This document shows positions 10,932 through 21,800 of a DNA stretch of 64,000 nt, piece by piece. Position numbers and translations under genes: made by a program. The notes beneath the pieces are model-generated. The model was not told where the DNA came from, did no database searches, and saw nothing but the letters and a program-made list of their open reading frames with translations. The DNA comes from an uncultured Bacilli bacterium (GTDB lineage Bacteria; Bacillota_I; Bacilli_A; RF39; UBA660). Position 1 is the first letter of the stretch. Each line of letters starts with the position of its first letter. The stretch spans positions 1,593 to 65,592 of the forward strand of contig CAJTUT010000005.1 of assembly GCA_910579455.1 (NCBI GenBank). Direction: 5' to 3'.

Positions 10932-11624
10932 TTATACCCCTCCTACTACATTTTTATACCAAACAGATAAATCATAAATAAAATCAATAGAAGAAACATA
11001 ATTATTTAAAATACTATAATAACTATCTTTGATGGGATTATAGATATCTACCTTAGATATCTCACTATTAAAATAGTAACTACTATTATTCTTAATCACT
11101 TTTTGGACATAATCTGTCGAATTAATTAATTGATTAATTTGATTTTCAAAAAAAGGTGCGACTGTTGGTAAGGAGGTTATATTTAATTTATTATTTTCAG
11201 TTAATGAAATCTCATATAACTGTTTAACTAGGCATTCATTCGAAATTTGTACTTGATAAAATTGTTGCATATTATAAATATCTTTCATATCTACATTTTT
11301 TTTTGAAATAAGAGTGTCAAACTCCTCTGTATTAATCTTTTTTGTACAAATATCCAATCTTGACTTTACACTAGACAAACTATAGGGATCCTCACTTCCT
11401 CTATAAGTATTCATATCAAATCCTGAGGTGTTTTCTGTAATCAAACTCAACTTATTTTTTAATTCTTGACCGATTTTCATTTCAGTATCCTGTTTTACAT
11501 AAGTTTCATTCACATTACGATAATGATAAAAATTTAAAAATAGCAAGAAAAAACCAAATCCAAATACCAATCCAGTAACTGCATAAGCAATAATATTAGA
11601 ATACTCTATCAATAACTTTTTCAT
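10932..11624 (-). CDS. N-terminally membrane-anchored hypothetical protein in the SipW operon
   Basis: 230 aa; single N-terminal TM (IIAYAVTGLVFGFGFFLLFL) then a Asn/Ser/Tyr-rich soluble domain; 17 bp downstream of sipW. Confidence 0.5.
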   Translation of the reverse strand: MKKLLIEYSNIIAYAVTGLVFGFGFFLLFLNFYHYRNVNETYVKQDTEMKIGQELKNKLSLITENTSGFDMNTYRGSEDPYSLSSVKSRLDICTKKINTEEFDTLISKKNVDMKDIYNMQQFYQVQISNECLVKQLYEISLTENNKLNITSLPTVAPFFENQINQLINSTDYVQKVIKNNSSYYFNSEISKVDIYNPIKDSYYSILNNYVSSIDFIYDLSVWYKNVVGGV

Positions 11625-11641
11625 ATTCCCTCCCTATTCTT

Positions 11642-12400
11642 CTAAATAACTTCAATATCATCATCACCTTTATCATGTTCTTTTTTATCTTCTCTTATAT
11701 TAATAAACTCAATATATTCCCTTTGTTGTTGATCTTTATCATTTTTCTTATTTGGACCAGATGACCTTTTTATAGACTTTGATAACTTTATTATATCGTA
11801 TATTACAAGTCCTACACAAGGAATAATAATAATAAATACCCATCCATAAACGTTAGTTAAAAGTTGTTGCAAATATCCAATTTTTGGAATCTTAAAAATA
11901 ACCTTCCCACAGATATTTTTATAAGAAACCAAGGTCGAATCTTCCGCGTTATTATTATCTCCTTTTGTTCTAAAATATAAATCTCCCTTTTTAGATTTTT
12001 CTATACCAACAATCCTATGTGTAATCGTTAACCCTGAATATCTAGGATCAGTTGATAAAAAGGTTATAATATCCCCCACTTTTAATTCACTAGCTTCTTT
12101 TCTTTGAATTAATATAGCATCCTCTACCTTGATAGTCGGAACCATACTGGGACTAATAATTATATAAGCCCCAAACAATGGCCTTTTGGTAACTCCATTT
12201 TTCATATTTTTGTGAATATCAATAAAATATAAGGCGAATAGTATCATAATTATTACCAAAACAAAAACTAAAAAATATAAAAATATTTTAGATAATAATT
12301 GATATATTTTATGGATCACTGGAATGATTTTTTTATTTGATTTTTTGGATCTTTCATCCTGATTAAATTCATCCATTGTTGCATCCACGTAAAAAGCCAC
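11642..12400 (-). CDS. sipW: Signal peptidase I, archaeal/eukaryotic type (SipW-like)
   Basis: 252 aa; TM then catalytic core IISPSMVPTIKVEDAILIQRKE ... ITHRIVGI, typical of the SipW/Sec11 type (Ser/His); second C-terminal TM. Confidence 0.8.
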   Translation of the reverse strand: MAFYVDATMDEFNQDERSKKSNKKIIPVIHKIYQLLSKIFLYFLVFVLVIIMILFALYFIDIHKNMKNGVTKRPLFGAYIIISPSMVPTIKVEDAILIQRKEASELKVGDIITFLSTDPRYSGLTITHRIVGIEKSKKGDLYFRTKGDNNNAEDSTLVSYKNICGKVIFKIPKIGYLQQLLTNVYGWVFIIIIPCVGLVIYDIIKLSKSIKRSSGPNKKNDKDQQQREYIEFINIREDKKEHDKGDDDIEVI

Positions 12401-12477
12401 CTCCTATTATTGTATACTAAGTATATAATATCATGATTTTAAAAAAAATCCAACAAAAAAAGAGGATAACCCTTCCT

Positions 12478-13092
12478 TTATTCAGCCATATCTGCTTGAA
12501 CATCCACCCTTATTTTAAATGTTCTTGCTACCTCATCACTCGCATAATCAGAGCTCAACCACATTCTCAAAACAAAACTATGTGATTGATTCTTTCGTTG
12601 AGAAGTTGTATTTATAAATTTTCCAGTATGATATAGTACCCTTTCATTAAGATCATCCTTGTAGACATCTAAAGAATTAAAATTTGTAGGAGATAATACT
12701 GGTTGATATTGACTACCCTGCTTCCTTTCTAAATAAAGTCTTACATACTTCCCATCTAAAGGTTCTTTTTTACTTACCCCTGTAATATTTCTTGCAATAA
12801 TTTTGTAATTAATTTGAGTTGATCCCATTATTTCAGAAGAAATCTTGAAATCAAAATATTCCATTTGTTTCATTCCAACTTCATCTGGTGTTGGCATCGC
12901 ATTTGTAATTGTCATAACATTACTAACGCCTTCTGTATATGACATGGAAATTGTTCCAGTATTTACTACATTTTCCTTTTTTGAATGGAAAGTATAAGTA
13001 AATACTGCATATGAAATACCCACTACTGCCACAACTAAAATTGCGATTCCTAATACTGATAATAACATTTTCTTTGAATCCGTTTGTTCCAT
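12478..13092 (-). CDS. SipW-cognate secreted protein, paralog 3 (possibly TasA/camelysin-like)
   Basis: 204 aa; N-terminal signal/TM (LLSVLGIAILVVAVVGISYAVFTY); shares SMSYTEG, NAMPTPDEVG, YFDF, VRLYL, LRMWLS with the two upstream paralogs. Confidence 0.6.
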   Translation of the reverse strand: MEQTDSKKMLLSVLGIAILVVAVVGISYAVFTYTFHSKKENVVNTGTISMSYTEGVSNVMTITNAMPTPDEVGMKQMEYFDFKISSEIMGSTQINYKIIARNITGVSKKEPLDGKYVRLYLERKQGSQYQPVLSPTNFNSLDVYKDDLNERVLYHTGKFINTTSQRKNQSHSFVLRMWLSSDYASDEVARTFKIRVDVQADMAE

Positions 13093-13101
13093 TTTATCAC
13101 C

Positions 13102-13719
13102 CTATTCACTAACCTTAACACCTAATTTAGCTTTAAAAGTTAAACTTTCTTCACTAACAGGATAATCTTTAGAAAGCCAAAATCTTAATCTAATCCTTTG
13201 AGAGAAAGAGTTAGTAAAAGATTGTCTATAAATTAACTTTCCATTTGAATTTGCACTAGAGTCCGCTAAAGATCTAAAAGTAGTAACTCCACTTAATGCT
13301 CTTTCTGTTCCTTCTCCATCTGTAATATAGACTTTAATATATCGCTCATCTATTTGGGTCCCTGTAGAAGTATTAAGAGCATAAATCTCATAAGCTCCTC
13401 TACAATTATCCTCCTTAGTTCCCTTGCATTCACAATTAAGTGTTGCATCATAATATCCTTGATCATAACCATCAATAGCACCTGCAGATAATTTTTTTCC
13501 CACCTCATCTGATATTGGAAAAGCAGACTTAATAGAGATTAATGGCCCCTCATTAAAAGTACAACTAATAGCTCTTGTACTAATAACATTTCTTGTTTCT
13601 CCACTTTTTCCATAAAAGAATACTGCATAAGTTCCACCGACAATGACTAAAATTAACATTAAGATGAATAATAAAACGGGAACTATTTTTTTTCTTTCCT
13701 TCTTTTCTTCCATATTCAT
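13102..13719 (-). CDS. SipW-cognate secreted protein, paralog 2 (Cys-containing variant)
   Basis: 205 aa; signal/TM VLLFILMLILVIVGGTYAVFFY; conserved SAFPISDEVGKKL, IKVYI, LRFWLS; an extra CxC...C cluster. Confidence 0.6.
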   Translation of the reverse strand: MNMEEKKERKKIVPVLLFILMLILVIVGGTYAVFFYGKSGETRNVISTRAISCTFNEGPLISIKSAFPISDEVGKKLSAGAIDGYDQGYYDATLNCECKGTKEDNCRGAYEIYALNTSTGTQIDERYIKVYITDGEGTERALSGVTTFRSLADSSANSNGKLIYRQSFTNSFSQRIRLRFWLSKDYPVSEESLTFKAKLGVKVSE

Positions 13720-13727
13720 TCTCCTCT

Positions 13728-14336
13728 TTATACAATTTTTCCATATACATTAATTTTAATTGCATAAGTTTTAACATCCTGTATTAAAGCATTTTCATTA
13801 ACCCACATTCTTAAACGATAATTATCAAACCCACTTTTTTCGGATCTCACTCTTTTTAATACCATAGAATTAATAGGTGACCCTATATCGGTTTTTTCCT
13901 TAATAGGTTCAAATGCTTTTGGTTCTACTAGCTGTTCATATGTTCCATTAACTTGTTTTTCTAAATAAACTTTTATATCTTGGTCAGGAATCGTACAATC
14001 AGCTTCCTTAATAGCAGCGATTTCATAAGTAATTGGTTGATCCTTTACAACAGTAGTTCTCACCGTAAAATCAAAGTATTCTCCTGGAGCATTTAAAGCT
14101 TTTCCTACATCATCACTAACAGGTGAGGCATTTTCAATAAAAATACCATTCTTACTTTCTGTATAAGTCATACTTACATTACCTTCATGATCCTCATTTG
14201 ATTGTTTTACCTGCTCCTGCTTTACAAAGGCTGTAAAAGAAATACTAATAACTGTAAAAACTAAAATTGTAATTACAATAAGAGAGATAATAACCTTCCT
14301 AGAATATGTTTTTTCCTCTATTTCTCTATCTTTCAT
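13728..14336 (-). CDS. SipW-cognate secreted protein, paralog 1
   Basis: 202 aa; TM IISLIVITILVFTVISISFTAF; conserved SMTYTE, NASPVSDDVGKAL, YFDF, IKVYL, LRMWV; first gene of a tight operon with 8-9 bp gaps. Confidence 0.6.
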   Translation of the reverse strand: MKDREIEEKTYSRKVIISLIVITILVFTVISISFTAFVKQEQVKQSNEDHEGNVSMTYTESKNGIFIENASPVSDDVGKALNAPGEYFDFTVRTTVVKDQPITYEIAAIKEADCTIPDQDIKVYLEKQVNGTYEQLVEPKAFEPIKEKTDIGSPINSMVLKRVRSEKSGFDNYRLRMWVNENALIQDVKTYAIKINVYGKIV

Positions 14337-14391
14337 TTGAATACCTCCCTTTTAATTTAACGAATATACTCCTATTTAAACATTATCATAA

Positions 14392-15147
14392 TTATAGTTT
14401 TAAGTCAAATAATTCATAGCAATTATTTGTCGTTATTTTTCCTATTTCTTCTATTGGAATATTTTTTATCTCTGAAATTTTTTGAACAATAAAAGGAATA
14501 TACTTTGAACTATTTTTCTCACCCCTAAATGGATGTGGCGTTAAATAGGGACTATCAGTTTCTAGCACAAGATGTTCGACAGAAAGTTTTTCTACAATAC
14601 GATCCAATTTACTATTTTTAAAGGTCAAAACACCCCCTATTCCTAATTTATATCCCATTTTTATATAAGTGTTAGCAGTCTCCAAACTACCAGAAAAACA
14701 ATGAATAATTCCTCTTAAATGATATTGATTTAAAATATCAATTGTATCTTTGGTTGCATCTCTACTATGAATAACAACTGGTAAGTCCAACCTCTGTGCT
14801 ATAGATAGTTGTTTTCCAAATAGTTCTTTTTGCTTTTCTTTATTAGTAGGATAATGATAGTCCAAGCCTATTTCCCCAATACCAACAATCTTTCTATTTT
14901 GTATGATTAAATTTTCTAATTGATCAAGATCGTTATCACAAACTTTATCTATTTGATCTGGATGAAACCCAAATGTCGCAAAAAGAGAATCATAAGAATT
15001 TAATAACTGGATTGATTCTTCAATATCTTCTTTTTCACAACAGGAAAAAATAATAAGTTTCACATTATTCTCTATGGAATCATTTATTACAGAATCAATA
15101 TCATCATAATATTTTTTTAATATATGACAATGTGTATCGATAAACAT
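14392..15147 (-). CDS. tatD: TatD-family metal-dependent DNase (YabD)
   Basis: 251 aa; MFIDTHCH start, GEIGLDY, HSRDA, ETDSPYL motifs; follows metG as in B. subtilis. Confidence 0.9.
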   Translation of the reverse strand: MFIDTHCHILKKYYDDIDSVINDSIENNVKLIIFSCCEKEDIEESIQLLNSYDSLFATFGFHPDQIDKVCDNDLDQLENLIIQNRKIVGIGEIGLDYHYPTNKEKQKELFGKQLSIAQRLDLPVVIHSRDATKDTIDILNQYHLRGIIHCFSGSLETANTYIKMGYKLGIGGVLTFKNSKLDRIVEKLSVEHLVLETDSPYLTPHPFRGEKNSSKYIPFIVQKISEIKNIPIEEIGKITTNNCYELFDLKL

Positions 15148-15443
15148 AAAAACACCTCATACTTAGAGTAAAATAAAAAAATATCAGTGTCAATGATATT
15201 TTATGCATCACTACGTTTGTGTATTTTTATCCTAATGTAATTCACTGTGACTAATACAAAATATAACATATCTAAATAACTCTTTGTATTCACAATAAAT
15301 ACAAAAAATATAATAGCAAATAATAAATAAAAGCTATCTAAATTCATAAATTTAAAAATCCTCGCTTGTATCTCATCATCTTGCATAAATAACACCTGCC
15401 TCCTTCTTAAAATTTACTACAAACTACCCTTAAAAATATATCA

Positions 15444-15478
15444 TAAAAAAATAGGAAACGATAATCAAATTTTCCTAT
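15444..15478 (-). terminator. Rho-independent terminator downstream of metG
   Basis: Inverted repeat ATAGGAAA(15451-15458)/TTTCCTAT(15471-15478); on the minus strand it is followed by a TTTTTTTAT run. Confidence 0.55.
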
Positions 15479-15509
15479 CTTTACAAACTTAGACAAGTTT
15501 TTACTATTA

Positions 15510-17021
15510 CTATTTTTCTATTCTTTGAAACAAGGGAGAAGGATTACCTAACTGATACTCATTATCGAAGATAAATTGAAAATCCACCTTATTATTATTT
15601 ATTTGCTTTAGTATTTTTTTGCTAGTAGTTGGCAAAAAAGATTGTAATAAAATTGCACAAATTCGAATTGATTCCAATAAATTATAAATTACTGTTTCCA
15701 ACCTTTGTTTTTGAGTCTCCTCCTTAGCTAAAATCCATGGTGTTGTCTCATCAATATATTTATTTGCTTTTCTTAACACTTCAAAAATAGATTCTAAAGC
15801 TTCACTAATGTGCAATTGATTCATCTTATTTTCTACCTCATCATATAAATCATTAATTGAGTTCAAAAAGGTCTCATCCACAGTATCTATAACGTTCTTA
15901 TTAGTAATAATTCCAGAAAAATATTTATTTCCCATTGAAATCGTTCTTTGTACTAAATTTCCTAAATTGTTTGCTAAATCGGAATTAATTCTTGCGACTA
16001 AAGAGTCCTCAGAAAAGGAGCCATCATTTCCAAAGGGAACTTCCCTTAATACAAAGTACCTAATCGCATCTAATCCATATTTATCAATATATTCCCTGGG
16101 ATCCCTATAGTTTCCCAAAGATTTTGAGATTTTTTCGCCATTTACAACTAACCATCCATGACCAAAAACCTGTTTTGGTAGAGGAAGATTCAATGCCATC
16201 AACATAATTGGCCATACAATGGTATGAAATCTCACAATTTCTTTTCCAACTAAATGCAAATCAGCAGGCCAATATTTCCTAAATTCACTATCATCGTTAC
16301 CCAAGTATCCTAAGGAAGTAATATAATTAGTCAAAGCATCCAACCAGACATAAACCACGTGCTTTTTATCAAATGGAACCTGAATACCCCAAGTAAAAGA
16401 CGTTCTTGATACACATAAGTCTTCTAAACCTGGTTTAATAAAATTATTAATCATTTCATTCTTTCTAGATTCTGGCTGAATAAACTCTGGATGAGATTCA
16501 ATATACTCAACGAGCTGATCCTGGTATTTTGAAAGTTTTAAAAAATAAGCCTCCTCAGTTACTTCATGAACCTCCCGTCCACAATCGGGACAATTTCCAT
16601 CCACAACCTGAGTTTCCGTCCAAAAAGATTCACAAGGTGTACAGTAAAGACCTCGATATTCCCCCTTGTAAATATCCCCCTTTTCATATAGTTGAACAAA
16701 AATTTTTTGTACAGCTTGCTCATGAATAGCATCTGTTGTTCTAATAAACTTATCATATGAAATATCTAAATAATCCCATAAATCCTTAGAATTTTTAACA
16801 ATATGATCAACATATTCTTTTGGACTTATTCCTGATTCTTTTGCTTTATTTTCTATTTTTTGTCCGTGTTCATCTGTACCTGTTTGAAAACAAACATCGT
16901 AACCCTGTTGTCTTTTAAATCTTGCAATAGCATCTGCAATGATAGTAGTATAACAATGACCAATATGAAAATTAGCACTTGGATAATATATCGGTGTAGT
17001 AATATAAAATTTTTTATTCAT
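15510..17021 (-). CDS. metG: Methionine--tRNA ligase (short form, no C-terminal EMAP domain)
   Basis: 503 aa; HIGH motif (ANFHIGHCYT); zinc knuckle CPDCG; KMSKS variant KISKSLGN. Confidence 0.95.
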   Translation of the reverse strand: MNKKFYITTPIYYPSANFHIGHCYTTIIADAIARFKRQQGYDVCFQTGTDEHGQKIENKAKESGISPKEYVDHIVKNSKDLWDYLDISYDKFIRTTDAIHEQAVQKIFVQLYEKGDIYKGEYRGLYCTPCESFWTETQVVDGNCPDCGREVHEVTEEAYFLKLSKYQDQLVEYIESHPEFIQPESRKNEMINNFIKPGLEDLCVSRTSFTWGIQVPFDKKHVVYVWLDALTNYITSLGYLGNDDSEFRKYWPADLHLVGKEIVRFHTIVWPIMLMALNLPLPKQVFGHGWLVVNGEKISKSLGNYRDPREYIDKYGLDAIRYFVLREVPFGNDGSFSEDSLVARINSDLANNLGNLVQRTISMGNKYFSGIITNKNVIDTVDETFLNSINDLYDEVENKMNQLHISEALESIFEVLRKANKYIDETTPWILAKEETQKQRLETVIYNLLESIRICAILLQSFLPTTSKKILKQINNNKVDFQFIFDNEYQLGNPSPLFQRIEK

Positions 17022-17286
17022 TTTAATTCCTCCTAAAATAAAAATATTATAAATATAAGGACGAAAATATTTTCCGTGGTACCACCTTACTTTATAATAT
17101 TCTATTATACACTTAAATAGTTAACGCCTATCTACGATTATATTTACTTATCAATATAATAGTTCAAAAGCCATATTTTATAATTTTTTATACCTGTTCC
17201 CACCACACACAAGCTCTCTTCATAAAAATATTATAAAACTCTTTCTCATAACTTTTAAATATGGAAGTATTATATCACACTTTTTC

Positions 17287-17817
17287 TTATTCCTCAATAT
17301 GTTTACCTAAAAAATTGGAAGTTAAATTTGCCATTTTTACTTCAGTGTCTGTAATACTGTCGTTTAAAGAAAAGATTACTACTGCACCAACAATATCACC
17401 ATTTGTTAAAATAGGAGTTAAAGTATAAGAGCAATTTTCTTTTATTCCCTCTACAAACTCCACCTCTATTTTATCTTTCTCTATTACTAACTCTCTATTA
17501 CTTAACTTCTGTTCTAAAAACTTAGAAATACTATTACCAAGATATTTTGATTTTAAATTTCCAGAAATAGAAATGACTTTGTCACGATCAGTAATCAAAA
17601 CATCTTTTGATATTACCTGGTTAATCGTATTTACAAGATCATCTGAAAGATCATTTAAATCGGACATAGATGAGTACTTTTTTAAGGCTATCATTTCATC
17701 TTCTACAAAAATTTCAAGAGATTCTCCATCGCGAATTCGTAATGTTCTTCTCATTTCCTTGGGAATAACAATTCTTCCTAAGTCATCAATTCTTCTTACT
17801 ACACCAGTTGTTTTCAT
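17287..17817 (-). CDS. spoVT: Stage V sporulation protein T (AbrB-N plus GAF)
   Basis: 176 aa; N-terminal swapped-hairpin AbrB domain VVRRIDDLGRIVIPKEMRRTLRIRDGESLEIFV, then a GAF-like region; length and architecture of SpoVT. Confidence 0.85.
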   Translation of the reverse strand: MKTTGVVRRIDDLGRIVIPKEMRRTLRIRDGESLEIFVEDEMIALKKYSSMSDLNDLSDDLVNTINQVISKDVLITDRDKVISISGNLKSKYLGNSISKFLEQKLSNRELVIEKDKIEVEFVEGIKENCSYTLTPILTNGDIVGAVVIFSLNDSITDTEVKMANLTSNFLGKHIEE

Positions 17818-18043
17818 GTTGATTCCTCACTTTCATCTATAAATATTATTTCTAGTTTTTAAAAGTTTATACTAATTGTTTTAACAATTTATACTATTAT
17901 TATAATATTTATTCATAAAAATCCTTCTGGTAAATATTTCCAAATAGTTAACTTTTAACACACTTCCTATTGAAATATAAAAAAACAGTAAATAGTAATT
18001 TCACTATTTACTGTTCTATAAGTTAAAAATTTTAATTTTTGCT

Positions 18044-18709
18044 CTATGATTTTTCTCCATCAAATAAATGAGAGTTCATCTTAGTAAATAAATACCTTTC
18101 CCCTTGTTCATTAACGCCACTTGAAAGTGTTCGATCCTTAATTAAGATTTTCATAGAAATATGATCTAATAAATTTTTTTGGTAAATTCCCCTCATATAT
18201 TTTAAAAATTGAGTATTCATATTTTTTTTAGCGTCTAATAATGTTCCTTCCTTATAAATTGAGTCAATATGGTTCTCTAAGGAAGAAATAACTTCTTTTA
18301 CCTGATGTTTAATTTCCTTTTTTAAATTTTGATTTGCTTTTGTTAAATCCTTTGTTGTAATAGATATAATTTCTGTTTCTCTTTCCGGATCAAAAGATTC
18401 TACTTTTAAAATTAAATGACTTTTTCTTATTTCTTCTAAATTAAGAAAATTTTGTTGTAAAGAACTTCTAAATTGATTTACAAATTGCTCTAATCCATTG
18501 GTATCTAATACTATTTTTTGCTTCTTAGCAACTTCTAATAGTTTAGATTTTATTTGATCCATAGAATCTAGAGGAGGTTTCTCAATCAAAGAAAAAATAT
18601 CCTTCTCAATCAAACTATTAGTATTATTTTTAATAATCTCTATTACTGCTTTTTTATATGTTTCTAAATGTTGTTTCTTAAAATTCTCTATCATCATTTC
18701 TTCTGTCAT
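18044..18709 (-). CDS. Hypothetical coiled-coil-rich protein between mfd and spoVT
   Basis: Start moved to ATG (MTEEMMIENF), which has an AGAAGGAG RBS (track ORF extends to 18778); no recognisable motifs. Confidence 0.5.
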   Translation of the reverse strand: MTEEMMIENFKKQHLETYKKAVIEIIKNNTNSLIEKDIFSLIEKPPLDSMDQIKSKLLEVAKKQKIVLDTNGLEQFVNQFRSSLQQNFLNLEEIRKSHLILKVESFDPERETEIISITTKDLTKANQNLKKEIKHQVKEVISSLENHIDSIYKEGTLLDAKKNMNTQFLKYMRGIYQKNLLDHISMKILIKDRTLSSGVNEQGERYLFTKMNSHLFDGEKS

Positions 18710-18893
18710 ACTGCTACTCCTTCTGTATTCTACTATATCAAGAATAACAATCCCTACATTTTTAGTCAATACTTTCAAACAAAAAAATCCGAAGAGGATT
18801 CTCTATTTAGGTTCTTAGAAAAAAGCTATATTAAAAGTCCAATTTTCAAAACATTTGATATATAGAAAATTATTAATCATGATTCTCTCTAAT

Positions 18894-21800
18894 CTAACTA
18901 TTTTTCGAGTTAATCATATACTCCAAAAGTTCTGTTAAATAATAAATAGAGTGTTTCTCTAAACGAATAGTATCTAATATAATAGATACACTATTATTTC
19001 TACTTTTAAAGCGGAACATATTAGAAATCTTAAAGGACTGTACAAATAAGTCTTCCGTATCATATTTATTCATAACTTCTTTAAGAAAGACTAGTTCAAT
19101 ATAATTTTTAGTTTCCACAACTTTTGATATTTGTAATATTTCTGCTTGTTTTTCAAACCATTCTTCATGCATATAAATTAGTAAATCTTCTTTAATTTTT
19201 CCAAAACGATCTTCTAATTCCTCTTTTATTTTTATTAAAGAATCCCTACTATGAATTTGATTAATTTTCTTATGAACTTCTATTTTTAAACTCTCATCAC
19301 CAATATAATGGTCACTAATATGAGTTGAAACATTTAAAAGAGTTTGCATTGAATCATTTTCTTCTTCTTTGATTTCTTTTCCATTTCTTTTTGCTACTTC
19401 TAAATCAAGCATTTTTAAATAAAGTTCAATTCCAACAGTATCAATGAAACCAGCTTGTTCACTTCCTAAAATATCTCCCGCTCCTCTAATTGATAAATCA
19501 CGTGTTGCAATAGAGAATCCACTTCCTAACTCCGTAAATTCCTTGATTACATTTAATCTTTTCACAGCAGTTTCCGTTAAGACCTTACTTGGACGATACA
19601 TTAAATAAGCATAAGCAAACCTATTACTTCTACCAACACGTCCCCTAATTTGATAAAGTTGACTTAAACCAAAACGATCCGAATCCAAGATAATTAACGT
19701 ATTCACATTAGGAATATCAATTCCGGTTTCAATAATCGTTGTACAAACTAAGACATCAAAATCTCCATGAATAAAATCAATCATTTTATTTTCTAGTTGC
19801 TGCTTACTCATTCTTCCATGAGCAAAATCTACTCTGGCATCTGGAACCAATTGCTTAATATGACGTACCTTTGATTCTATTTTCTCTACATAATTATAAA
19901 GAATAAAGGTTTGGCCAGATCTTGATAATTCTTTATAAATAGCATCTTTAATCAATAAGTCAGCCTCTTCTACCACATAAGTCTGTATTGGATAACGATT
20001 CACTGGGGGTGTTTCAATTAAGGAAAGACTCCTAATTCCTACCATAGACATTTGGAGTGTTCTAGGAATTGGGGTCGCTGTCAAGGTTAAAACATCTATA
20101 TTCGTTTTATATTGCTTAATTTTTTCCTTATGAAGAACACCAAATCTCTGTTCTTCATCAATTACTAAAAGGCCCAAATCCCTTACCTCTATATCTTTAC
20201 TTAAAAGCCTATGTGTTCCAAATACCAAATCAATACTACCGTCTAGTAATCCCTCTTTAATTCTTTTTCCTTCCCTAGGTGTAGTAAAACGATTAAAAAG
20301 AGCAATATTTACAGGAAAATTACAAAACCTTTCCTTAGCATTTTCATAATGTTGTGAAGAAAGAATGGTCGTAGGACATAAGAATAATACTTGTTTTGAA
20401 TCCATCACTGCTTTAAAGATTGCTCGGAAAGCAACTTCTGTTTTTCCAAAACCAACATCTCCACATAACAATCGATCCATCGGTCGATTCAGTTCCATAT
20501 CTTCCTTAATTTGTTGAACTGCTAAAGACTGATCCTTGGTTAATTCAAATGGACAATCCCTCTCAAATTCCTGTGTCATTAAAGTATCTTTACTAAATGC
20601 AAATCCTTTTCTACTTTCCCTATCAGCATATAACTTTAATAGCTGATCGGCCATATCTTGAACTTTTTTTGTAACCCTAGCTTTTGTTTTTTTCCACTCT
20701 ATACTATCTAATTTATGAATATGAGGAACTAAACCTTCTTTTCCAACATATTTACTTAAATAATCTATTTTTTCAACAGGGATATAAAGCTTATCAGTTC
20801 CTTTGTATAATACTTCTATATAATCCTTCTTGTTTCCATTAGAAGTTAATACTTTAATTCCATTATAAATTCCAATACCATGAGCATCATGTACTACATA
20901 GTCCCCAACCTCTAAGCTGTTAATATCTTTTAGTTTAGAGGCATATTTGAATTTTGTTTTATATTTTTTAGAAGTTTTATTTTCTATAAATAATTCATGG
21001 GCCGTTAAAAAAATGTAGTCTCCTACAACAAAACCTTCTGTTAATTCATTTTCTACAATATTAATAGATCCCGTTTCAATATGATCAAAATCAGTCTCTA
21101 TCACTTTATAAGAAAGCAATTTCATAACCTGTTTTCTTTTATTTTTGTCAAGACAGATAATCACAGTTTGATTCTTAGAAATACTAGAAGATAAATATTC
21201 TTGAATCATAGTGACATTTTCTCTAAACTGGGGTGGAGTTTTCACTTGATAATTCTTAATTAAATTTTTCTCTATTTTAGAAGATGTGTTATTAATACTC
21301 AGATAATAAAAATAATCTTTCTCATCTAGTAATTTTAAATCATGCATATACTTCCCAGTAAATTCTATATCTTTGGTCGTTTGATAAGTAAGAGTTTCTT
21401 CCATAATCTGTTGATAACTAAGAAGCAATTGAGAATAGTCTTTATAAACAACAATACAAGAATCTAAATAATTAGAAATATTAGAAACATTTTTAGTATA
21501 GGTTGGTAAATACTTCTGAAATTTTTCTTCATTAGGTACTTCATGATCAGTAATAAATTCGCTAAAAGGACGAATGAAAACTTGATTCATTTTAGAAATA
21601 GACTTCTGATCATCAGGACAAAAGGCTCTAATAGAGTCTATCTCATCCCCAAAGAACTCGATTCTAATAGGGTTTTCTTCTCCTAAAGGGAAAACATCCA
21701 CAACAAAACCTCGAACACCAACTTCTCCCGTTTTGGTTACGATAGTTTCTTTTTTATAACCACTGTTTAATAATTTAGAAATTAACTCTTCTCTACTAAT

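Noticed and set aside
13580-13777. 65-aa ORF overlapping the junction of SipW-substrate paralogs 1 and 2
   Set aside because: Out-of-frame overlap with two well-supported paralogous genes.
15201-15395. 64-aa hydrophobic ORF between tatD and metG
   Set aside because: No RBS. It lies in the metG terminator / tatD promoter spacer, and its composition is typical of a spurious AT-rich ORF. A small membrane peptide cannot be fully excluded.
17022-17286. Possible T-box riboswitch upstream of metG
   Set aside because: No specifier/T-box conserved sequence recognisable. B. subtilis metS is likewise not T-box regulated.
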